From positions 1 to 64,000 of the forward strand of contig CAVVYZ010000030.1 of the NCBI GenBank assembly GCA_963752595.1: a DNA stretch of 64,000 nt. Direction: 5' to 3'. The notes under the pieces are model-generated. The model was given only the letters and a program-made list of their open reading frames with translations, did no database searches and was not told the origin of the DNA. This document shows, piece by piece, positions 31,151 to 40,962 of this stretch. Made by a program: the position numbers and the translations under genes. The stretch comes from an uncultured delta proteobacterium. Its GTDB lineage: Bacteria > Desulfobacterota > Desulfomonilia > UBA1062. Position 1 is the stretch's first letter. The number at the start of each line of letters is the position of its first letter.

Positions 31151-32037
31151 ACTACGATCTTGTTCTTCCCGTGCTGCTTCCCCCAATACATGGCTCTGTC
31201 CGCCATTCTAAGCAGTTCGTTGTAGTCGGCGGTATGCTGGGGCAATCCGGCCAGGCCGATCGTGACGCTGACCTCGAGGGTTACCACCACGGTTTTGCAT
31301 ATTCTCTCGGCAACGACAGTTGCTTCTTCAAGAGAGGTTTCCGGGAACAGGATAACGAATTCCTCCCCCCCATACCGGGCGAGGATGTCGCAGTTTCTCG
31401 TGTTGTGCCTGAAGATGTGGGCGAGCCGTGTGAGGAGTTCGTTTCCTTCCTCATGGCCTTTCGTGTCATTGTACTGTTTGAAGTTGTCTATGTCGATCAT
31501 GGCGAGCGACATGATGCGGCTATAGCGGATATGCCTCGTCACTTCGTTTTTCAACATCGAGATGAGGTGGCGGAAGTTGTAGAGCCCTGTGAGCTCGTCT
31601 GTTCGCGAAAGCGTCTTGTAGTAGGCTGCAAGCTCGGCCTCCTCCTTCAGCCTGGCTTCCTCAAGGATGCGGTTTATCGTCAGGTGGAGATGGTCGAGGA
31701 GGATGGGCTTGGTAATGAAGTCCGAAGCGCCGAGCTTCATGCATTCCACAGCATCGCGGATGGTGCCGTATCCGGTAATCATGACCACCTGGATATGCGA
31801 GCGCATCTTCTTGATAAGTTTCAGGAGCTCAGCTCCGGTCATTCCGGGAAGATGGAGATCCACCACGGCAATATGGTAATTGTCTTTCTCCACCATGCTG
31901 ATGGCCTGCTCGGCATTGGAGGCCATGCTCAGGTCATATCCCTTTTCCAAAAGATATTCGGAAATAAGGTCAAGGGTTTCCTGCTCGTCATCGACAAGGA
32001 GGATTCTGGTTTTCTTATTTGTCTTTATATCAGCCAT
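31120..32037 (-). CDS. Response-regulator diguanylate cyclase (REC-GGDEF)
   Basis: ILLVDDE, VVDLHLP; TDELTGLYN, DIDNFK, RNCD I-site, RYGGEEF. Confidence 0.93.
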   Translation of the reverse strand: MADIKTNKKTRILLVDDEQETLDLISEYLLEKGYDLSMASNAEQAISMVEKDNYHIAVVDLHLPGMTGAELLKLIKKMRSHIQVVMITGYGTIRDAVECMKLGASDFITKPILLDHLHLTINRILEEARLKEEAELAAYYKTLSRTDELTGLYNFRHLISMLKNEVTRHIRYSRIMSLAMIDIDNFKQYNDTKGHEEGNELLTRLAHIFRHNTRNCDILARYGGEEFVILFPETSLEEATVVAERICKTVVVTLEVSVTIGLAGLPQHTADYNELLRMADRAMYWGKQHGKNKIVVYDDTISMCK

Positions 32038-32200
32038 TATTATCAAGTTGCCGAACGTATTTTACCAAAGCGCCTGCTTTTTTGTGAGCAGTTCCGTATG
32101 CCCTGAGCTATACTAACGGAAAATTAGAAAAAATACATAAGGGAAAAATATTTAACCGGGAAAAACACCTCAAGTTATTCGTGAAAAAGTCCGTTAAACC

Positions 32201-33013
32201 ATGACGATGGAAAATACGCAGGTCCATTTCTCCGTTGAAAGGCACATAGAGAGCATCCCGGCTTTGGAGGCGAGCAGGATGAGGCTCTTTCAGGTGCTCC
32301 AGGATGATAACGCGGATCTTGAAAGGGTGGAAAGCGTTATATCGACCGACCCTGCCATGGCTGCCAAGGTCGTCAAACTGGCCAATTCACCATTTTACCG
32401 CCACGCGAACCAGAATTTCGGGATACACCAGGCGCTTCTAACGATCGGCCTCGACATGGTGAAATGCATAACGCTGTCAATGGCGGTCATCGATACCTTG
32501 AGGTGTGAATCGAGATATGCAAAAACCCTCTGGTCTCATTCATACGCAACGGCACTCATCGCGCTGTCGTTGAGCAGGGACAAGGCAGAAAAGGATTGCC
32601 TGTTCACCGGTGCGCTGCTTCATGATCTCGGCAAGATGATTTTCCTTTCCAGGATGCCTGATGTCTATATTCCTCTGGTGGAATTCGAAGGGGGCTGGCC
32701 CGATTCGGATCTGGAAAACGATGTGTTTTCCATCGATCATACCCTTCTTGGCGAAGCAGTGGCCAGGGCCTGGCATTTCCCCGAAGGGATCGTAAAGATC
32801 ATACGGCATCATCACAGCCCCATGGACCGTAATTCTGCGATTGTGTACCTGATCAATCACGTGATCTGCCGGTACGAAAAGGGAGAGCCCGAAGCCGTGT
32901 CCCCCGATTCCAGGCTCATCGGATCATATCTCAGGGATATATATAAAGATCTTGTCAATACTATTCTTCAACGGTATAAGATAAATAATGTTATTGTTGA
33001 AAATCTCTTTTGA
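32201..33013 (+). CDS. HDOD-domain protein
   Basis: DPAMAAKVVKLANSPFY, LWSHS, GALLHDLGK, WHFP, HH. Confidence 0.9.
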   Translation: MTMENTQVHFSVERHIESIPALEASRMRLFQVLQDDNADLERVESVISTDPAMAAKVVKLANSPFYRHANQNFGIHQALLTIGLDMVKCITLSMAVIDTLRCESRYAKTLWSHSYATALIALSLSRDKAEKDCLFTGALLHDLGKMIFLSRMPDVYIPLVEFEGGWPDSDLENDVFSIDHTLLGEAVARAWHFPEGIVKIIRHHHSPMDRNSAIVYLINHVICRYEKGEPEAVSPDSRLIGSYLRDIYKDLVNTILQRYKINNVIVENLF

Positions 33014-35139
33014 GGGGCATTGGTGGTGCTGTGAAAAACAGTTGGTCAGAGCTCAAAGCACCCATGGATTTCTCCCATGATCGAGAGAAGCTGCTGCTCG
33101 ACCTGCTGAAAAAAGCAACCGGCTTCTACGAAGATACCATCGGCATCCTCTCGAGCATCTTCGAACTCTCGGAACATGTGCGAAAGTGTTCGCCGGAAGA
33201 TGACTTCTACTCTCTGATCGTCCAGGCCCTCATCCGGGAATCCCGATGTGAAAATGCCTCTGTCTTTATCGTCAAGGAAGGTCGGATTATTCTCAAAGCA
33301 GCGGCCGGTTCCGGCTCTCCGGATGAGGCCGTGGATGTCTTCATGGAGATGGGCGAGGGCGTGGCAGGGAAATGTGCGCTGGAGGGAAGGCCTGTCCTTG
33401 TGTCCGATGCCTCCCAGTGCTCGTATTTCAAGGAGATGCCCGGGACCAGGGTAAGGATCGGCTCCATGCTCTGTATCCCCATCAAGGAGGGGGATATCAC
33501 CTTCGGGGTATTAAATCTCTCCCATTCCCAGAACAATTTCTTCGATGTCCATTCGCTACGGGTGTTCGAGCTGCTCGGACTTCTCGTTGGGCAGATGCTC
33601 ACGCTTGTCCATATCTCCGATGTTTTCCAGAGGAACAACTCGGACCTCAAAGACCTCCTGCAGCAGAAAGACGAGAGCCTGCGGACGATCTCGGAAAGCT
33701 ATAAGGCAGTCGTGGACGCTTCCGAGGACCTGATCTTCATCCTTTCGCGGGATGATACCGTGTCTTTCTGCAATCAGAGACTCCTGAAGACGCTGGGTAA
33801 AACCCCGGGAAATATCAATGATGTCTTCGATACGGATACGGTAAATTATATCTGCACATGCCTGCAGAGGGTGAGCCTTGGACAATTCCAGGATTTCGAG
33901 ATGAACACATCGGTGGGGAGCGGTTCTGCACTGATCGGGCAATTTTTTATCAAGAAGCTGAGTTCCGAGCAGACCCTGATCGTGATGCGGGACATCACGG
34001 CAAAGCGGCGCATGGATCAGCGGGCCATGCAGACGGAAAAACTTACCTCCTTAGGGTTGCTTACCTCGGGCATTGCCCATGAATTGAATAATAAGCTCAC
34101 GCCCATTCTCGGTTTTGCCGATCTGATCAATACGAAAGATATGAGCGCCAAAGACCAGAGCCGGCTTTCCGTCATCATAAATGCTGCCAACTCGGCCAAG
34201 CATATCGTCGAATCATTGCTCAAGTTCTCCAGGAACAAGCCGCCGGAGAAGATCGCCTTTGATATGCGGGACATAATCAAGAGAACGGTGAGCCTCTATA
34301 CCCCTACGGTAAAGAAGCGCGGCATCAAGCTCCAGTGCGACGAATGCCCTGACCCCCTCTATGTCCGGGCCGACATGAACTGCATAGAGCAGGTCCTGGT
34401 CAATTTTATCAACAATGCCATAGATGCTATCGACGACAGGCCTGGCAGCATCCGGCTGAAAAGCGGCCTGATTGATGACTACGTCCATGTCTCCATCGAG
34501 GATTCGGGCCCGGGGATTCCGGAAGAGATCATGACGAAGATCTTCGACCCTTTCTTCACGACAAAAGCCAAAGACAAGGGGACCGGGCTTGGCTTGAGCA
34601 TCTGCTACGGAATCATCTCCGATCACAAGGGCGAGATATCCCTGGAAAATACCGGCCGAGGCGCCGTGGCACGTATCAAGATTCCCGCCATGGTAACCGA
34701 TAAACAGGAACAGCAGGTGGAAGTGAAGGCAGAAAAGGTTCCTTCCCGTACCAAGGCACAAGACTCGGTAAAACGCTCGTTGATCATGGTGGTGGAGGAC
34801 GAGGAAGACCTGCTGGACCTCATGGTGGATACATTGAGCCCCTACTATGAAGTAACGCCTTTCAACAACGGTCAGATAGCCTATGACCACCTCACAGAGC
34901 AACAGTGGGAGCTTATTATATCGGATTTAAGGATGCCGGTAATGGATGGAATGGAACTGTACCATACAGCGATAAAGAATCATCCGTGGCTGAAGGAGCG
35001 GTTCATGTTCATAACCGGAGATACCTATGATTATAAGATAAAGGAGTTCCTTGAGACTACCGGCGTTGCTTTCCTTCGCAAGCCTTTCAGGATCAAGGAC
35101 TTACGGGAAATAGTGAATAAGCAGCTGTATATGGAGTAG
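33010..35139 (+). CDS. Hybrid sensor histidine kinase (GAF-PAS-HisKA-HATPase-REC)
   Basis: GEGVAG/SMLCIP GAF; [10 protein letters not shown]-box; [30 protein letters not shown]; C-terminal REC ISDLRMP. Confidence 0.93.
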   Translation: MRGIGGAVKNSWSELKAPMDFSHDREKLLLDLLKKATGFYEDTIGILSSIFELSEHVRKCSPEDDFYSLIVQALIRESRCENASVFIVKEGRIILKAAAGSGSPDEAVDVFMEMGEGVAGKCALEGRPVLVSDASQCSYFKEMPGTRVRIGSMLCIPIKEGDITFGVLNLSHSQNNFFDVHSLRVFELLGLLVGQMLTLVHISDVFQRNNSDLKDLLQQKDESLRTISESYKAVVDASEDLIFILSRDDTVSFCNQRLLKTLGKTPGNINDVFDTDTVNYICTCLQRVSLGQFQDFEMNTSVGSGSALIGQFFIKKLSSEQTLIVMRDITAKRRMDQRAMQTEKLTSLGLLTSGIAHELNNKLTPILGFADLINTKDMSAKDQSRLSVIINAANSAKHIVESLLKFSRNKPPEKIAFDMRDIIKRTVSLYTPTVKKRGIKLQCDECPDPLYVRADMNCIEQVLVNFINNAIDAIDDRPGSIRLKSGLIDDYVHVSIEDSGPGIPEEIMTKIFDPFFTTKAKDKGTGLGLSICYGIISDHKGEISLENTGRGAVARIKIPAMVTDKQEQQVEVKAEKVPSRTKAQDSVKRSLIMVVEDEEDLLDLMVDTLSPYYEVTPFNNGQIAYDHLTEQQWELIISDLRMPVMDGMELYHTAIKNHPWLKERFMFITGDTYDYKIKEFLETTGVAFLRKPFRIKDLREIVNKQLYME

Positions 35140-35150
35140 GGCATTCGCGT

Positions 35151-35825
35151 ATGGAAAAGAAAAAGATACTCGTTGTCGATGACGAAGAAATCGTACGGTA
35201 TTCCCTGGTAAATATTCTAAAGGAGCATGACTACGAGGTGGATGGCGTCTCTTCCGCTGAAAGCGCCCTGGAGCTCTTCAACGAAAAGAAATACCACCTG
35301 GTGCTCACCGATCTGGTCCTTGAGGGCATGGGCGGCCTCGAACTCCTGGAGAACGTGAAGGTCATATCGCCCAAGACCCTGGTAATCGTCATAACGGGAT
35401 ACGGTTCCATCAGGACCGCCGTGACGGCTCTGCGGCTCGGCGTCTACGATTATCTCCTAAAACCCTGCGACGAAGACGAACTGATCATCCGTGTACGAAG
35501 GGCACTGGAGATGCAGAACTACGGGCAGGAGCAGAAACGCATCCAGGAAGTGAGTGCTATAACCAAAACCACGGTGACGCTTTCAGACAGGATAAACACG
35601 CCGTTGAACATTATTCTGGGGAATATCGAGATGCTCCAGATATCCCCGGACCTGGAGGAGAAGACAAAAGTGCAGAAGACCTTGAAGGTCATGGAAGATC
35701 AGATCTTCAAGATCAAGGAGGTCATGGACAAGCTTGCACGGCTTACCACGGCTGAAACAAAAAAATATGCTGCATTAAGAGATTATGAAATTATCGATTT
35801 GACAGCGCATAAGTCCAATGATTAA
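35151..35825 (+). CDS. Response regulator with C-terminal DHp-like helix pair
   Basis: ILVVDDE, LTDLVL, YDYLLKP; C-terminal LSDRINTPLNIILGNIEML. Confidence 0.85.
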   Translation: MEKKKILVVDDEEIVRYSLVNILKEHDYEVDGVSSAESALELFNEKKYHLVLTDLVLEGMGGLELLENVKVISPKTLVIVITGYGSIRTAVTALRLGVYDYLLKPCDEDELIIRVRRALEMQNYGQEQKRIQEVSAITKTTVTLSDRINTPLNIILGNIEMLQISPDLEEKTKVQKTLKVMEDQIFKIKEVMDKLARLTTAETKKYAALRDYEIIDLTAHKSND

Positions 35826-36186
35826 CAGCAAAAATATACTTATTGTAGATGATTCCGATGACCTGGCGCACGTGATTGCCGACTTCTTGAGTATGTTCGG
35901 CTATCAGGTGCACACGGCGAAAGACGGGCTGGATGCACTCCAGTGCTTGGAAAGAAAGGCCATGGATATCGTGGTGAGCGACATCCACATGCCCAGGATG
36001 GACGGGTATACCCTGATGACGGAGATAAAGAACCGGTACCCCGAGACCCCGATCATCCTCATTACCGGATTCAGTGTGAGCGAGGCGAAGAAGATGGCCT
36101 TTGAAAAAGGCGCCAATGCCTTTGTGGCCAAGCCGTTCCATCTCAAGGATTTGAAAGGCGTGATAGACTCGGTCATCAGCCATTGA
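35818..36186 (+). CDS. Single-domain response regulator
   Basis: ILIVDDS, VSDIHMPRMDG, ITGF, AKPF. Confidence 0.92.
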   Translation: MINSKNILIVDDSDDLAHVIADFLSMFGYQVHTAKDGLDALQCLERKAMDIVVSDIHMPRMDGYTLMTEIKNRYPETPIILITGFSVSEAKKMAFEKGANAFVAKPFHLKDLKGVIDSVISH

Positions 36187-36222
36187 AATAATACGATTGA
36201 GACACCATAGGGGGGGAAATCT

Positions 36223-36684
36223 ATGAAAAAGAACATGCTGAAGAAACCCAGGAAGATACTCTGCTACATCGATCTGAGCAAGAACAGCTCAAATCTTGTG
36301 AAGTATGCGTACGAACTCGGCAAGATCATCGATGCCGAACTCTTCGTACTTCATACCGTAACCGACATCAAAGGCGCTGCGGGATTTTATGTTCCGCATA
36401 TCAATATCGACAAGCTGGAAGATGAAGTCATCCAGGCTGCGAGGGACAAAATATACGCCATCTGCCACCAAGCCGTCGGCGATGACGTGGATTCAGCTCA
36501 CAGGATCGTCAAGAGGGGCGGCTCCATCGAGATCATCGAGGAAGTCATCAAGGACAAGGGAATCGAGCTCCTCATCCTGCCCCATGACGGTGATAAAGGG
36601 ATACTCTCCTGGTTCAGAGGCGATTACGTGGAAAGATTCATGCGGAATGCCGCGATCCCGTTCCTTGTCATGCCGATGGAATAA
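36223..36684 (+). CDS. Universal stress protein
   Basis: KILCYIDLS, AELFVLHTV, VERFMRNAAIPFLV. Confidence 0.85.
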   Translation: MKKNMLKKPRKILCYIDLSKNSSNLVKYAYELGKIIDAELFVLHTVTDIKGAAGFYVPHINIDKLEDEVIQAARDKIYAICHQAVGDDVDSAHRIVKRGGSIEIIEEVIKDKGIELLILPHDGDKGILSWFRGDYVERFMRNAAIPFLVMPME

Positions 36685-37318
36685 GCCTCACGGAACGGAT
36701 CATTCCGGCTGCCTTGGCCTTGTCCATTGACCCGAGGAAAGAAAGCACGATAAAGCCCTGCTGTTGCGTCGTGATGCCCAGGAACTGGTGAGGGGTGTAG
36801 AAGAGCAGGGCCGCACTTTTTTGAGGGATGAGTATCTCGGCGCCGGGGCTTTTATTCATCCATGACGGGATGATTTTAGCCTTTATCCCCATGAGCGTGG
36901 GATTGAACCTGTGCCCGAGGATCTCCGTCATTAACTGCACTGCGCCCATAGACCGTTCATCGCCGAGCCAAGCCCTGATCATAGGATTGCGAAGCGTTTT
37001 TCTCCACCCCTCTTCCTGGGGGAGTTTCTCGAAAAATCGGATCTCACCCCGTATCTGGGAACGGGCGGAAAATGCGCTTAAGGATCCGTCGCTGTTCGGG
37101 ACGACATCCAGCTCGGAAGGAATGCACAGGGAAAATCTCCCGAATCTGACATCCCTGCAGGGATATGTCCCGGGGGAAATTGCCGCAGGTTTTAGGAAGA
37201 GCTCCGGCGAATTTCGTTTTGCCAGGCAGAGGTAGAACCCATAGATCGATACGGCAATGATGCAGAAACCGATAAAAAAACGTAGACCTTGATCCGTGGG
37301 CCTGCTCTCTAGAACCAT
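36668..37318 (-). CDS. Hypothetical membrane-anchored protein
   Basis: 216-aa ORF with N-terminal TM, overlapping the upstream gene stop. Confidence 0.6.
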   Translation of the reverse strand: MVLESRPTDQGLRFFIGFCIIAVSIYGFYLCLAKRNSPELFLKPAAISPGTYPCRDVRFGRFSLCIPSELDVVPNSDGSLSAFSARSQIRGEIRFFEKLPQEEGWRKTLRNPMIRAWLGDERSMGAVQLMTEILGHRFNPTLMGIKAKIIPSWMNKSPGAEILIPQKSAALLFYTPHQFLGITTQQQGFIVLSFLGSMDKAKAAGMIRSVRLIPSA

Positions 37319-37563
37319 TTCGGGTTGATGGGCTCGTTGCTGACTATGGGACGCTCTGCATCATGGGGGCCGTTTCCCGGATGAAACACTTCCGGATGTC
37401 CGGGTATGACCTCCCCGGGGGCCCGGGTCTCTCCGGTATCTTCCTCTTTTCTCTGCTCGCCTTTACTGCTCAAGGTGTACCGCCCGAGGAATTTAAGCAC
37501 CGAAGGGACAACAAAGAAGAAGACAAGGAGAAGGATCAGACTGGTTAATGATTGTTTGTCCAT
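37309..37563 (-). CDS. Small hypothetical membrane protein
   Basis: N-terminal TM, charged tail ending INPKWF. Confidence 0.6.
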   Translation of the reverse strand: MDKQSLTSLILLLVFFFVVPSVLKFLGRYTLSSKGEQRKEEDTGETRAPGEVIPGHPEVFHPGNGPHDAERPIVSNEPINPKWF

Positions 37564-37627
37564 TGTTGAATGGTAGCACAGAAACATATCCCCGGACCAG
37601 AAATTTTATTCAATGAGGCAATGCCCT

Positions 37628-38316
37628 TCAGCGCCAAGGCTCCAGCGGGCAGGAGCTGCAGCGCTGGCCGGCCGGCCTGCAGAAGTCCTTGCCGATAAAG
37701 ACGAGGTAGGCGTGCAGGTCTTTGTAGACCGTGAGGTCGTGCGGAAGATTCTGCTGGAAAAGCTGCTGGATTTCGTCATAGGTTGACGAACCTTTGATGA
37801 TCCCATGGCGCACCAGGATCCTCTTCGTGTAGGCATCGACGACAAAGATTGTTTTCCCGCCGCATAGCAGCAGATGCTGTCGGCGGTCTCCTTGCCGATG
37901 CCGTTGACCCCAAGGAGGATATCCCTGAGACTTTTCAAATCCTGACTGAAGAATGCTTCCATGCTGCCGGATGAAGAGTCGGCCACCGCATTCACCAGGT
38001 TCTTGAGCCGTTTTGCTTTAATGTTGTAATAGCCGGAGGCACGGATGAGAGACGCAAGCTCGCCGGGGTCGATGGCATGGAGTTTGCCGAGATCGAGCAT
38101 GGAATGCTTCTTTAGGGTCTGGATCGCCTTTTCCACATTGCCCCATGCGGTGTTCTGCGTGAGGACCGCCCCGACTGCCACCTCCAGAGGGCTTTCCCCG
38201 GGCCACCAGCCCGACGGTCCGAAGCGGGCCTTCAGGATCCGGTAGAGATGAAGGAAATCGGGTGAATCAGGAGCAGATGACTTTTTTCCCTGTCGGGTCT
38301 TTATACAGGATGACAT
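37628..38316 (-). CDS. Endonuclease III-related HhH-GPD protein (frameshift near 37855; start uncertain)
   Basis: WWPGES, AVLTQNTAW, GYYNIKA, GIGKETADSI, VVDAYT, HAYLVFIGKDFC...CSSCPL. Confidence 0.85.
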
Positions 38317-39052
38317 CTTTCATTTTATCCCGGATGTCTCCTCGGATATTGAAGAGCATCGCGGTCATTTCCAGCTCATACTCGAGCGCTGCCTTCGAAT
38401 CGAGGCGGCTGACCACGTCGAAGGTCCGCTTGAGGGCTCGTACAACCTCAGGCGATCTGTTGACCAGCTGATAGGCCCATGAGTTCACCTCTTCCTTGAA
38501 TATTTCCGGCGCAACGACGCGGTTCACCAGCCCGATGGAGTATGCTTCCTGCGCACCGATGGGTTCACCGCGCAAGGTCAGCTCCTTGCTCCTGGCCATG
38601 CCGATACGGGCGACGAGGGGCGTCAGAAGAGGGTTAAACCCGTACTTGATCTCCGGATGGCCGAATATGGCGCTTTCCGATGCGATAATGATGTCTCCCA
38701 TGAGTGCGAGGTTGAAGCCTCCGCCAAAGGCGATGCCGCTCACCGCGGTAATGAGGATCTTGTCATAGTCGATGAGCATCGAGTAGATGCCGACTGCCAG
38801 ATTGAAGTATCGTGCCGCCTCTTCGGCGGTGAAATTCGGGGCTTCCTTGAGGTCAATCCCGGCAGAGAAGCACTGGTCGCCTCCGGTGAGGATGACGAGC
38901 CTGACGCTGCTTTCTTCTGTGAGAAAAGAGGAAAAGGCTTGGTTGATCTCCGAGAGCATTCCGTACGAAAGGGCGTTGAGCTCGTGCTTGCGGTCGAGCT
39001 CCACCCAGGCGATCTCTCCGGCTACCTCCACCTTGATAAACTGATAATCCAT
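38267..39052 (-). CDS. Enoyl-CoA hydratase/isomerase family protein
   Basis: LNAL, FSAGIDL, AFGGG, PEIKYG, GLVNRVV. Confidence 0.92.
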   Translation of the reverse strand: MDYQFIKVEVAGEIAWVELDRKHELNALSYGMLSEINQAFSSFLTEESSVRLVILTGGDQCFSAGIDLKEAPNFTAEEAARYFNLAVGIYSMLIDYDKILITAVSGIAFGGGFNLALMGDIIIASESAIFGHPEIKYGFNPLLTPLVARIGMARSKELTLRGEPIGAQEAYSIGLVNRVVAPEIFKEEVNSWAYQLVNRSPEVVRALKRTFDVVSRLDSKAALEYELEMTAMLFNIRGDIRDKMKDVILYKDPTGKKVICS

Positions 39053-39082
39053 CGGAAGCTCCTCTTGATATAGTGGTATTTA

Positions 39083-39111
39083 TTAGTACATGGATAGGCT
39101 CCCGCTGTCAA
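39083..39111 (-). promoter_or_regulatory. Sigma-70 promoter candidate
   Basis: TTGACA-N17-TACTAA upstream of SD GAGGAG. Confidence 0.5.
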
Positions 39112-39243
39112 TGTTTCCCAGCCTGTCGGGCAAAAGCTTAGTCAGGGCATGCAGCCAGAGAAAGATCTTTGCATGGCAGGCCTCCCATCCATCACTTGAT
39201 TATCTCCGGCTCTTTCTGCTATTCCTTTATGCACATGACATGC

Positions 39244-40683
39244 ATGAGCGTAAGCCGATTAAACGAGCTGGCAAGAGAATCCCTCCAGTCGTGCTTCGAT
39301 CCTGAGATCTGGGTAAAAGGAGAGATTCACGGCCTGAAATTCCATGCTAAATCCGGCCACCTGTACTTCGACCTTGTGGAGAAGGCGAAGAGCGGCCTGG
39401 ACGGCTATATCGCGAAGATAAGCTGTGCATTCTTCCGTGGGCCCTATACAAAATGGCGCACGAGCCTGGCGTCACTTGGGATAGGGGCGTTCGAGCTCAA
39501 TTCCGGCATCGAGGTAAAGCTCAAGGCCAGGATCGATCTCTTCGTGAAGGAAGGCCGCTACCAGCTCATTGTCTCCGAGATCGACCCCTCGTACACCTTC
39601 GGCGCCATTGCAAAGAAACGGGAGCAGACGATACGGGAACTGCGCGCCTCAGGTCTTTTTGACAGAAATAAGAGCCTGCCTTTTCCTGAGCTGCCCCTGA
39701 ATATAGGGCTGATCACTTCGGAAGGATCGGCTGCATTCAGCGACTTCATGAGCATTGTCCGCGACAGCGGATACTGCTTTTCCATTACCCTCTTCGACGC
39801 GCACATGCAGGGAGAGAACACCGTACCGGAGGTCCTCAAGGGGATCAGGATCCTCCAGAATCACCCGGATGTGGATACCATCGCCATCATCAGGGGCGGC
39901 GGGGCAAAGACCGACCTCTTTTCCTTCGACGACTTCTCTCTCTGCAAGGCCATAGCGCTCTGTCCCAAGCCTGTGATCACCGGCATCGGGCATGAGATCG
40001 ACGTGAGCGTGGCAGATCTCGTGGCCCATACCTACGGCGTCACCCCGACCGACGTTGCCGGGCTTTATGTTTCAAAGACCGACGAGGTGCGGACGTTCCT
40101 GGACGAGGCGTGCCGGGAAATTTCCTTCTGCTGCAGCGAAATCTGGCAGAGAACGGGTGAGCGCCTGCGCCAGTTGTCAGCGAGCCTCGAGCACGTATCG
40201 CAGAGGTGGATGGTCTCGGCCCTCTCCGGCCTCAAGGATGCAGCTTTCCGCCTCCATACCGCGGTTGCCGGAGACCTGGCTAAGGAAGAACAGACAATCT
40301 CCCGGAGCGCTTTCAGCTTGAGAAGTTCTTCGAACGCAGCCCTTGGAGAGCAGTCCAAGACCCTTGAAGGGTTCCCGGTGAGGTTGGCCCGGGACACCCA
40401 TGCCCGCATCCGGTCATCGCAGCAGGAGATCCTTCATTTACACCACGGTGCCCGGGATCATACACAGGCCCTCTTCGAGCGAAGCCTTGAACGCCTGGCC
40501 CATCTCGACTCGTATGTATCACTTATGGACCCGGCCGAAACCCTGAAGAGGGGGTACAGCATCACCATGAACAATAGTGGCAGGGCCGTCACGGATGCGG
40601 ACTCGGTAGGGGAAGGGGACTGCATCACCACCAGGCTTTCAAAGGGCACGCTTAAGAGTATTGTCAAAGATAAGGAGTCATGA
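39244..40683 (+). CDS. xseA: Exodeoxyribonuclease VII large subunit
   Basis: WVKGEI, SGHLYF, GRYQL, IRGGG, GIGHEID, TPT, LKRGYSI. Confidence 0.95.
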   Translation: MSVSRLNELARESLQSCFDPEIWVKGEIHGLKFHAKSGHLYFDLVEKAKSGLDGYIAKISCAFFRGPYTKWRTSLASLGIGAFELNSGIEVKLKARIDLFVKEGRYQLIVSEIDPSYTFGAIAKKREQTIRELRASGLFDRNKSLPFPELPLNIGLITSEGSAAFSDFMSIVRDSGYCFSITLFDAHMQGENTVPEVLKGIRILQNHPDVDTIAIIRGGGAKTDLFSFDDFSLCKAIALCPKPVITGIGHEIDVSVADLVAHTYGVTPTDVAGLYVSKTDEVRTFLDEACREISFCCSEIWQRTGERLRQLSASLEHVSQRWMVSALSGLKDAAFRLHTAVAGDLAKEEQTISRSAFSLRSSSNAALGEQSKTLEGFPVRLARDTHARIRSSQQEILHLHHGARDHTQALFERSLERLAHLDSYVSLMDPAETLKRGYSITMNNSGRAVTDADSVGEGDCITTRLSKGTLKSIVKDKES

Positions 40684-40904
40684 TGAAAAAGACCAGCCGC
40701 TATTCCGAAGTGCTCAAAGATCTTGAGGAAACAGTGGACAGGATGAGCCGAGGGGAAGTTCCCATCGATGAACTCGAGGACACGGTCAAGGGAGCTGCAA
40801 AGAAGATTCAGTACCTGCGCCAGGTGTTGCGATCCACGCAGGCGGAAGTGACCAAGGTACTCAAAGATATCGAGGATGAAGAAGCGGACGGAGAAGATCG
40901 TTGA
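40680..40904 (+). CDS. xseB: Exodeoxyribonuclease VII small subunit
   Basis: YSEVLKDLEETVDRMSRGEVPIDEL; coupled to xseA. Confidence 0.88.
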   Translation: MMKKTSRYSEVLKDLEETVDRMSRGEVPIDELEDTVKGAAKKIQYLRQVLRSTQAEVTKVLKDIEDEEADGEDR

Positions 40905-40962
40905 TTCGCTTTTTACGTTCCCATGATTGACCCTTTTGTTTCCGGTCTGTTATAGAGGCTTT

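Noticed and set aside
31171-32106. 311-aa plus-strand ORF
   Set aside because: Antisense shadow of the REC-GGDEF gene
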